From NCBI GenBank assembly GCA_050253335.1, contig JBFWJG010000019.1, forward strand, positions 1-39,428: 39,428 bases of DNA. Reading direction: 5' to 3'. Positions 1 to 8,052 of this stretch are shown here, one piece after another (position 1 is the first letter of the stretch; every line of letters begins with the position of its first letter). A program made the translations under genes and the position numbers. This stretch comes from Deferribacterales bacterium (lineage in GTDB: Bacteria; Chrysiogenota; Deferribacteres; Deferribacterales; Geovibrionaceae). The notes under the pieces are model-generated. The model was not told where the DNA came from. It did not search any database and was given only the letters and a program-made list of their open reading frames with translations.

Positions 1-40
1 CTGCTTCGTTTCCTTGAAGGAATCTAATTTCTCTAGCCAC
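1..40 (-). CDS. oorA: 2-oxoglutarate:ferredoxin oxidoreductase alpha subunit, 5' fragment (runs off left edge)
   Basis: GTG at 40 preceded by GGAGG; reads MAREIRFLQGNEA, matching the N-terminal GNEA motif of 2-oxoacid oxidoreductase alpha subunits; directly follows the ferredoxin subunit. Confidence 0.75.
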   Translation of the reverse strand, partial: MAREIRFLQGNEA

Positions 41-52
41 AAATTCCTCCTG

Positions 53-250
53 TTAGCCTTTTTTATAAACTTCGATTGCAAAGTCGGGACACCTAAGCTC
101 GCACTGCATGCAAGCTATGCACTTGTCAAGGTCGGCGACATGCGCTTTAAAGTCCTTCATATCAAGGACTTTGGTAGGACAGAGTTCCACGCAGATTTCG
201 CAACCCTTGCAGTACTCTACAATAATGTTAATGCTTTCTGCCTTACCCAT
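53..250 (-). CDS. oorD: 2x[4Fe-4S] ferredoxin, 2-oxoglutarate oxidoreductase delta subunit
   Basis: CKGCEICVELCP and CIACMQCELRCPDFAI motifs; ATG at 250 with GGAGAAG SD (ORF track start at 295 is probably too long). Confidence 0.88.
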   Translation of the reverse strand: MGKAESINIIVEYCKGCEICVELCPTKVLDMKDFKAHVADLDKCIACMQCELRCPDFAIEVYKKG

Positions 251-362
251 TAACTTCTCCTTTTGTAATTGCGGCAGCCTATACGCCGGCCGCATTCAGA
301 ACACACACTCAGCCCAGAGCCGCTGAGATCGGGCCTTGTGCGAATCCTCTACTTTTATATTT

Positions 363-394
363 AGGCCGCCCGCATACCCCAATGCGGACGGCCT
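363..394. other. GC-rich stem-loop immediately after the sucD stop (stabiliser or attenuator-like)
   Basis: AGGCCGCCCGCAT/ATGCGGACGGCCT inverted repeat; no U-tract on the minus (coding) strand. Confidence 0.5.
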
Positions 395-401
395 TTTATT
401 T

Positions 402-1283
402 CTAAATTTTCCCGAGAACCTCGGCAACTTTTTTACCGATGTCCGAAGGTAACTCCACAACATGAACGCCGCACTCGGCAAGCCTTTTCATCTTTGAGGC
501 CGCCGTGTCGTCCCCGCCGGAGATTATTGCTCCCGCGTGACCCATTCTTTTACCCTTGGGCGCGGTCTGTCCGGCTATGAAGCTGACTACGGGCTTCGAA
601 AAGTTGTTTTTAATCCATTCCCCTGCCTTAACCTCTGCCTGGCCGCCGATTTCGCCGATCAGAACCACAAGCTCCGTCTGCGCGTCGTACTCAAACATTT
701 CCAGCAGGTCGATATATTTAAGACCTATTACAGGATCTCCGCCTATTCCCACACAAGTTGACTGTCCGAGACCGTATGCGCTTACCTGCTTAACGGCTTC
801 ATAAGTCAGTGTGCCCGATTTTGAAATAATTCCCACTGTTCCGGGAGTATGTATTTCGCCGGGCATAATCCCCATCTTGCATTCGCCGGGCGTGATTACG
901 CCGGGGCAGTTGGGGCCTATGAGCATTGTCCTTGAACCTGTGGTTTTTATCATCCTTTTAACCGCGAGCATGTCCCTTACGGGTATGCCTTCGGTAATGC
1001 ACACGCAAACATCAAGGTTTGCATCCACCGCTTCCATGATGGAGTCAGCAGCATACGCGGGCGGAACATAAATGATGGACGCATTGGCTCCTGTTGCTCT
1101 CACTGCTTCTTCAACAGTGTCAAACACGGGAGTGCCGTCTACGTTTTCTCCGCCTTTGCCCGGAACGACACCTGCTACGATGTTTGTTCCGTATTCTTTC
1201 ATCTTGGCTGCGTGGAATTTTCCCTGACTGCCTGTAAGGCCCTGTACAATAACCTTGGTCCTGTTATTTATAAGTATGCTCAT
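402..1283 (-). CDS. sucD: succinyl-CoA synthetase alpha subunit
   Basis: [30 protein letters not shown] and the phospho-His motif RMGHAGAI. Confidence 0.98.
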   Translation of the reverse strand: MSILINNRTKVIVQGLTGSQGKFHAAKMKEYGTNIVAGVVPGKGGENVDGTPVFDTVEEAVRATGANASIIYVPPAYAADSIMEAVDANLDVCVCITEGIPVRDMLAVKRMIKTTGSRTMLIGPNCPGVITPGECKMGIMPGEIHTPGTVGIISKSGTLTYEAVKQVSAYGLGQSTCVGIGGDPVIGLKYIDLLEMFEYDAQTELVVLIGEIGGQAEVKAGEWIKNNFSKPVVSFIAGQTAPKGKRMGHAGAIISGGDDTAASKMKRLAECGVHVVELPSDIGKKVAEVLGKI

Positions 1284-2497
1284 TTGTTACCCCCTTTCTT
1301 CCTTGCAGGAGCATCGGGTGCGGGTTCGTTCGCAAGTTTGACGGCAAGCTGGGCGGCGTCTGCCATCGTGTCTGCGGCGTAGATGTTCAGTCCTGATGAT
1401 TTGGCTTCTTCGTTGATGATTTTTTTGCCTTCAGCAACGTTTGTGCCGTCAAGTCTGAGTACCACGTGCTTATCGCCCGGAACCTCGTTTGCTGCCTTTA
1501 GAACGCCTTTGGCTATTAAGTCGCAGCGAACAATACCACCGAAAATATTCACGAAGATAACCTTCACGTTCGGGTCGGTAAGGATGATTCTGAAAGCTTC
1601 CCTTACCTTGTTTTCGTCCGCTCCGCCGCCAACGTCCAGGAAGTTTGCGGGTTGTCCTCCGAAGGACTTGATGATGTCCATTGTGGCCATAGCAAGGCCG
1701 GCTCCGTTTACCATGCAGCCGATGTTGCCTTCCATGCTCACATAGGACAGGTCGTAAATGGATGCTCTTACTTCCTGAGGCTCCATTTCGCCGTAGTCCT
1801 TCATCTCTTCTATCTTGGAGTGACGGAAGAGTGCGTTGTCGTCCACAGTGATTTTCGCGTCAAGGCAGACGATTTCGTTGTCACTGTTTACAACAAGGGG
1901 GTTTATTTCAAGCAGCATGCAGTCATAATCCATGAAGACCTGATGCAGCTTAACCACAACCGCGGAAAACTTATTGAGAAGATTGCCTTTAAGCCCGAGT
2001 TTTTTGGCAATTTTCCTTCCCTGATAGAAGCCCATGGCTTTTATAGCGGAGAGTTTCTCCTTTATAATAGCCTCAGGTCTGCTTTCAGCGAGAGTCTCAA
2101 TCTCTGTGCCGCCTTCTGCGCTTGCTATTAAGATGTGCTGCTCGTTGTCTCTGTCGACCATGAAGCTCAGGTAGATTTCCTGTCTGATGTTAGTCGCTTT
2201 TTCAACAAGGATCCTGCGGACGATTTTACCCTCTTCCCCGGTCTGGTGAGTAACCAGTTTCATACCGAGCATCTGGGTGGCCTCGTCATAAACATCCGAG
2301 AACGACTGAACAATCTTGACACCGCCGGCTTTTCCCCTTCCGCCTGCGTGCACCTGAGCCTTAATGACCCATTTTTCTCCTTTCAACTCTTTTGCAACGC
2401 GAAGCGCGTCGCTGGCTGTGGATGCTACCCCTCCGTCCGGTACGGGAAGACCGTACTCGCGGAGAAGACCCTTAGCCTGAAATTCGTGTAAATACAT
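1280..2497 (-). CDS. sucC: succinyl-CoA synthetase beta subunit
   Basis: [61 protein letters not shown] overlap with sucD. Confidence 0.98.
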   Translation of the reverse strand: MYLHEFQAKGLLREYGLPVPDGGVASTASDALRVAKELKGEKWVIKAQVHAGGRGKAGGVKIVQSFSDVYDEATQMLGMKLVTHQTGEEGKIVRRILVEKATNIRQEIYLSFMVDRDNEQHILIASAEGGTEIETLAESRPEAIIKEKLSAIKAMGFYQGRKIAKKLGLKGNLLNKFSAVVVKLHQVFMDYDCMLLEINPLVVNSDNEIVCLDAKITVDDNALFRHSKIEEMKDYGEMEPQEVRASIYDLSYVSMEGNIGCMVNGAGLAMATMDIIKSFGGQPANFLDVGGGADENKVREAFRIILTDPNVKVIFVNIFGGIVRCDLIAKGVLKAANEVPGDKHVVLRLDGTNVAEGKKIINEEAKSSGLNIYAADTMADAAQLAVKLANEPAPDAPARKKGGNK

Positions 2498-2545
2498 GGC
2501 TCACCTTCCAGCTGTTTTGTTTTATTTCGGGCTTAAAACACAAAA

Positions 2546-2574
2546 ATAGTATTCCAAACCAATGTTAACTTCAA
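2546..2574 (-). promoter_or_regulatory. putative sigma70 promoter for sucCD inside the mdh-sucC spacer
   Basis: TTGAAG (2574-2569), 17 nt, TACTAT (2551-2546) on the minus strand. Confidence 0.55.
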
Positions 2575-2624
2575 GCCTTAATTGGTGAGCCATGTTAATA
2601 TAGCCTTAAAATATAACAGTTATT

Positions 2625-3617
<993 letters not shown>

Positions 3618-3767
3618 TTATAATTTCAGAGCACCCAAGCTCTAATACATTCATAGTACACGCTTTTGAGACTATAATCAGCAGTTTTTCAGAAACCCGC
3701 CTCAGAAAAGTCCGTTTTCGTTACCGCGCACTCACACCGGAAAAGCGTTTTTAGAACTGCTTTCTGA

Positions 3768-3810
3768 TGTATACTGTATACAGTTATAATTATACACAGA
3801 TTTTTGTCAA
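3768..3810 (-). promoter_or_regulatory. mdh promoter (TTGACA at 3810-3805) with operator-like TGTATACTGTATACA box (3768-3782)
   Basis: Perfect -35 hexamer, TATAAC 16 nt downstream; near-identical box upstream of acnB. Confidence 0.6.
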
Positions 3811-4178
3811 GTATTATTGGCAACGCCGATAATAAAACATTTTTTAAATTTGATAAAGGGGAAAATAGGTTTTTTTGCATATAATAAGAGACAAAAAAAA
3901 TAGCAGAGAGTTCAGCATCTTCGGGAACCCTTGAAAATACGCATCTCGGGAGCTAATAGCAGAAGGCGGTTATTCAGCCTTTTTTCCGATATGCCGGTTT
4001 AAAAAATACCGGCGGATCCCTTCCATATTCTGTTAGCGGGCTTAGGATCGGCGGGATCGATCTGCTGATTGGGCTTACCTATAGCCCTATCATTTTTATC
4101 TATCAATTTTGTATAACGATGTTTTATGAACATAAATGCATTTGAAGCATAACGAAATGGGAAAACGACTCCCCCTGC

Positions 4179-4250
4179 CGTCATCCTGAACGCAGTGAAG
4201 AATCTCCCATTCAACAGAACCCGAGGCTCTTCGCTCTGCTCAGAGTGACG
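4179..4250. repeat. CGTC-type REP-like palindromic element (inverted dimer)
   Basis: CGTCATCCTGAACGCAGTGAAGAATCT, 18-nt spacer, AGGCTCTTCGCTCTGCTCAGAGTGACG; terminal CGTC/GACG tags, resembles the widespread GTCATCCTGAGCGAAGCGAAGGATCT repeat. Confidence 0.75.
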
Positions 4251-4261
4251 TATTATGCCAT

Positions 4262-4285
4262 AAAAAAGGGGCTCCTGAGAGCCCC
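4262..4285 (-). terminator. intrinsic terminator of acnB
   Basis: GGGGCTC-TCAG-GAGCCCC followed by T6 on the minus strand, just after the acnB stop. Confidence 0.85.
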
Positions 4286-4301
4286 CTGTGTCAAAATCCT
4301 T

Positions 4302-6857
4302 TTAGAATGCCACTCTTTCGATATATGAAAGCTCAAAGTCTCCCATTTTGTCGAATTCGAGGTATTTATACACTTCGGCCTGTTTCGGCTCAATTTTGCT
4401 CTTATACAGCATGAAGTATTCCGCGGGAGAAGGCAGTTCGCCCATAAGAGCGGTCACAGCCGTAAGCTCCGCGGAGCCGAGGTAAACCTGAGACTCATCC
4501 CCTATGCGGTTGGGGAAGTTCCTTGTTGATGTTGAAAGAACATGAGCCTTGGGCTGTACGCGTCCCTGATTGCCCATGCAGAGAGAGCAGCCGGGGATCT
4601 CCGTTCTTGCGCCGACGCTGGCGTAGATTGAGTAGTAGCCTTCTTCCATAAGCTGCATCTGATCCATAAGGGTCGGAGGCGTAAGCCAGATTTTGGTTTT
4701 GGGATAAGCCGCTCCTTCCCAGATTTTGCCCGCGGCACGGAAGTGGCCTATGTTGGTCATGCACGAACCGATGAATACCTCGTCAATTTTGTTCCCTGCG
4801 ACTTCGCTGAGGAGTTTGACATCATCAGGGTCGTTGGGGCATGCGAGGATCGGTTCTGTGATTTCCGCAAGGTCTATCTCTATGACTGCCGCGTATTCGG
4901 CGTTTTCATCCCTTTCCAGAAGAACGGGTTTGGCAAGCCATTTTTCAGCGTCCTCGATGCGTTTTTTCAGCGTGTCGGCGTGCTGATAGCCTGCTGCTAT
5001 CATCTTCTTCATAAGGGCGATATTGCTCCTGAGGAAGTCTGACACTGATTTTTCGCTGAGTTTTATTGTGCCGCCCGCGGCTGATCTTTCAGCAGTAGCG
5101 TCAGTAAGCTCGAATGCCTGCTCAACAGTGAGGTCGGGCAGACCTTCCATTTCGAGGATGCGGCCGTTGAAGATATTCTTTTTATTCTGCTTAGGAACAG
5201 TGAGAAGCCCCTGTTTGATAGCCCAGTAGGGGATTGCGTTTACTGCGTCCCTGAGAGTTATGCCGGGGTTGAACTTGCCCTTGAACTTAACAAGAACAGA
5301 CTCGGGCACGTCAAGGGGCATGAAGCCCAGTGCGCCTGCGAAGGCGACAAGACCTGAACCCGCAGGGAGTGAAAGCCCTATGGGGAAACGGGTGTGCGAA
5401 TCGCCCCCTGTTCCCAGAGTGTCGGGCAGAAGAAGCCTGTTCAGCCATGAGTGGATAACACCGTCGCCGGGGCGGAGGGAAACACCTTTTCTGGATGTGA
5501 CAAAATCGGGAAGAGATTTGTGCATGGTCACATCAGCTTTTTTGGGGTAAGCCGCCGTGTGGCAGAATGACTGCATGAACATATCCGCCTGGAACTCAAG
5601 GCAGGCAAGCTCTGTGATTTCGTCTCTTGTCATGGGGCCTGTGGTGTCCTGAGAGCCCACAGTGGTCATCTTCGGTTCGCACGCTGTTCCGGGGAGAACT
5701 CCCTCGACACCGCAGGCTTTGCCGATGATTTTCTGAGCCAGTGTGAAGCCCTGACCTTTTTTGGGAACGGGGTTAACCGTAGCCGTGAAAACAGTGCTTT
5801 CGGGAAGACCGAGAGCCTTGCGGGCTTTTGCGGTAAGCTGACGGCCGATTATAAGATTAAGACGTCCGCCCGCCCTGTATTCGTCTTTTATAGTGGAGGG
5901 AGTGAGTTTGAAGGTGGAAATAACCTTGCCCGCCTCGTCCCTTACTTCGCATTTTTCAGTATCAACAATTATCACATCGCCTGTTTTGATGTTGTTCACA
6001 TCGCAGGTGATGGGCAGACCGCCTGAGTCCTCAGTTGTGTTGAAGAAGATGGGGGCTATTACGCCGCCGAGGATCACGCCGCCGCGTCTTTTATTGGGAA
6101 CAAAGGGGATGTCCTGACCGATTTTCCACATAACCGAGTTGCAGGCTGATTTTCTTGATGAGCCTGTGCCCACAACATCTCCCACGAAGCCCGCCTCAAA
6201 GCCTTCCTCGCGGAATTTGTCGATTGTGGCGTTCCCCTGAGGCCATGAGGTTTCGCCCATGGCAAGGGCATGAAGGGGGATGTCGGGTCTGCTCCATGCG
6301 TGTTTCGCGGGGGAGAAGTCATCCGTGTTGGTTTCGCCGTCAGCCTTAAAGACTTTCAGTTTGAAAGACTTGGGGAATTCGGGTTTGGATGTGAACCACT
6401 CAGCATCCGCCCATGACTGAACAACGGCCTTGGCGTTTGCATTTGTTTTGGAGAGAGCGAGAACATCATCAAAGGAGCCGTAAACAAGTATGGTCTGTTT
6501 AAGGGCTTCCGCTGCGTCAGCGCCGAGTTCCGCATCCTTGAGGAGGTCAACAAGGGGTTTTACGTTATATCCGCCGAGCATTGTTCCGAGAAAGAAAACC
6601 GCTTCTTTTTTGGTGATAACAGGACATTTCACCGTGCCCTTTGCGACTTTCTCAAGCCATGCGGCCTTGACCTCCGCGGCGGGGTCAACACCGGGAGAAA
6701 CACGGTTAACTATAAGATCTTTAAGAAAATCCGCCTGATCTTTTGCCGGATTTTCCAGCATTTTACAAACTTCTGCTGTGAACTGGGGTGAAAGAGGCAG
6801 AGGCGGAATGCCCTGAGCCTTTCTTTCTTCCACGTGCTTAATGTAGTCTTGCATCAT
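4302..6857 (-). CDS. acnB: aconitate hydratase B
   Basis: N-terminal GIPPLPL, LGTMLGGYN, GETNTDD, GTGSSRKS, SQDTTGPM, DSHTR, FIGSCM, PGCSLCMGNQ, STRNFPNR; ATG at 6857 follows AGGAG (ORF track start at 6959 is probably too long). Confidence 0.97.
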   Translation of the reverse strand: MMQDYIKHVEERKAQGIPPLPLSPQFTAEVCKMLENPAKDQADFLKDLIVNRVSPGVDPAAEVKAAWLEKVAKGTVKCPVITKKEAVFFLGTMLGGYNVKPLVDLLKDAELGADAAEALKQTILVYGSFDDVLALSKTNANAKAVVQSWADAEWFTSKPEFPKSFKLKVFKADGETNTDDFSPAKHAWSRPDIPLHALAMGETSWPQGNATIDKFREEGFEAGFVGDVVGTGSSRKSACNSVMWKIGQDIPFVPNKRRGGVILGGVIAPIFFNTTEDSGGLPITCDVNNIKTGDVIIVDTEKCEVRDEAGKVISTFKLTPSTIKDEYRAGGRLNLIIGRQLTAKARKALGLPESTVFTATVNPVPKKGQGFTLAQKIIGKACGVEGVLPGTACEPKMTTVGSQDTTGPMTRDEITELACLEFQADMFMQSFCHTAAYPKKADVTMHKSLPDFVTSRKGVSLRPGDGVIHSWLNRLLLPDTLGTGGDSHTRFPIGLSLPAGSGLVAFAGALGFMPLDVPESVLVKFKGKFNPGITLRDAVNAIPYWAIKQGLLTVPKQNKKNIFNGRILEMEGLPDLTVEQAFELTDATAERSAAGGTIKLSEKSVSDFLRSNIALMKKMIAAGYQHADTLKKRIEDAEKWLAKPVLLERDENAEYAAVIEIDLAEITEPILACPNDPDDVKLLSEVAGNKIDEVFIGSCMTNIGHFRAAGKIWEGAAYPKTKIWLTPPTLMDQMQLMEEGYYSIYASVGARTEIPGCSLCMGNQGRVQPKAHVLSTSTRNFPNRIGDESQVYLGSAELTAVTALMGELPSPAEYFMLYKSKIEPKQAEVYKYLEFDKMGDFELSYIERVAF

Positions 6858-6969
6858 AAAAAAATCTCCTTGGTAAAGGTATTCATACAGAGCGCAGGCT
6901 CCGCCTATTTTCAAATCACAGGTTCTGTGCCCCGTGCTTTCAGGGACTGAACCGCTCATAACTCAAGAT

Positions 6970-7005
6970 TGTATTCTGTATACAATTTTGAACGCTTTTT
7001 GTCAA
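6970..7005 (-). promoter_or_regulatory. acnB promoter (TTGACA at 7005-7000) with overlapping TGTATTCTGTATACA box (6970-6984)
   Basis: TTGACA, 17 nt, TATACA; the box differs by one base from the mdh box. Confidence 0.6.
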
Positions 7006-7260
7006 AATATTTTAGAACATATTTTCGTATCGGGCATATATAAAACTCGGCATGACTCAAAAACACGGATTCTCAAGACATAAATAACTGTATTATAAAA
7101 GATTTTAAAAATGAATAAAACAAAAAGCGAACCGGACTGAAAACATTGCTATATTTCATGCCCTGTTCAGGCGCGGTAATTGAACCGTCCGCCCGTTACT
7201 TTATCTTTAAGAAAGATAATACCCGCCTTTATATGAAAAGCTGCGGCTGTACTCAGGCGG

Positions 7261-7518
7261 TCAGTCGTAAAAATCTATATTCATGGAATTTCTCTTCTGC
7301 ACAAACTCCGCTATGCTCTCCTTCGCTATGCGCCAGTGCCCCTTGCCGTCTGCCCGGGTGTTCCATGCGGGCAGCTCCACCCGCCAGATCCACCGCTTCA
7401 CGGTAAGCGGATTTACCTGAAGAACCTCCGCCGCCTGAGATACGGACAAAAAACCGTGAGGTATCTTACTCAGCTCCTCTTTAATGCTTTTTTCCTCCCA
7501 TTCCAGCTCTCTGTACAT
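7261..7518 (-). CDS. excisionase-like (MerR-type/HTH_17) helix-turn-helix protein
   Basis: LSVSQAAEVLQVNPLTVKRWI...LPA...GHWRI pattern; GGAGGGG SD upstream. Confidence 0.85.
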   Translation of the reverse strand: MYRELEWEEKSIKEELSKIPHGFLSVSQAAEVLQVNPLTVKRWIWRVELPAWNTRADGKGHWRIAKESIAEFVQKRNSMNIDFYD

Positions 7519-7535
7519 TGCACCCCTCCATAATC

Positions 7536-7616
7536 ACAAATTATATTTGTTAATACACAAATCGTGCGTATAAATCAACAATAATTTTTTGTTATAATTT
7601 TACACAAATTTCATGT
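7536..7616. promoter_or_regulatory. divergent control region with four 15-bp operator-like boxes (ACA-N9-YGT)
   Basis: ACAAATTATATTTGT 7536-7550, ACACAAATCGTGCGT 7555-7569, ACAATAATTTTTTGT 7578-7592, ACACAAATTTCATGT 7602-7616. Confidence 0.65.
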
Positions 7617-7628
7617 ATCTTTGTTTCC

Positions 7629-8009
7629 ATGGATTTAGCAGAAAGATTAAAAACCCTCAGAAAGCATTTCAGGATATCCCAGACAGACATAGGAGACATT
7701 CTCTCCGTGCGTCAGCAGGCCGTGTCCCATTACGAGAAATCGGGTAATATTGACGCGGCGAAGCTTGAGGTTCTGGCGGATCATTTCGGGCTGGACATAA
7801 AGTTTTTTTATGAGAAGGCTCCTCTGGAAAATTATCTGCACTCCGGAAGGCAGACTGTCCGCCCTCTTTCATCTTCGGGCGGAATTCCGATTCCGGCGGG
7901 CTGGGATACTCTTCTGGAAAGAATAAGCCGCCTGAGCTACACAAATATAAAAAACATTGAGAAAGTCATTGTGCCGCTGGTGGAAGTTTTTGAGGGTTCA
8001 AAAGAATAA
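7629..8009 (+). CDS. XRE/Cro-CI family transcriptional repressor
   Basis: LAERLKTLRKHFRISQTDIGDILSVRQQAVSHYEK..IDAAKLEVLADHFGL HTH_3 signature; short helical C-terminus, no S24 peptidase domain. Confidence 0.9.
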   Translation: MDLAERLKTLRKHFRISQTDIGDILSVRQQAVSHYEKSGNIDAAKLEVLADHFGLDIKFFYEKAPLENYLHSGRQTVRPLSSSGGIPIPAGWDTLLERISRLSYTNIKNIEKVIVPLVEVFEGSKE

Positions 8010-8052
8010 AATCCGGCCGCTCTGAAGCCGCATTTTTGCCGGAGTCTGAATA

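Noticed and set aside
3999..4214. 71-aa minus-strand ORF (MNGRFFTAFRMTAGG...)
   Set aside because: Its start is a translation of the REP-like repeat; no SD and no recognisable domain. A decayed gene fragment cannot be excluded.
6858..6959. 34-aa N-terminal extension of AcnB
   Set aside because: A good SD precedes ATG 6857 and AcnB-like sequence begins there; the extension is probably 5' UTR
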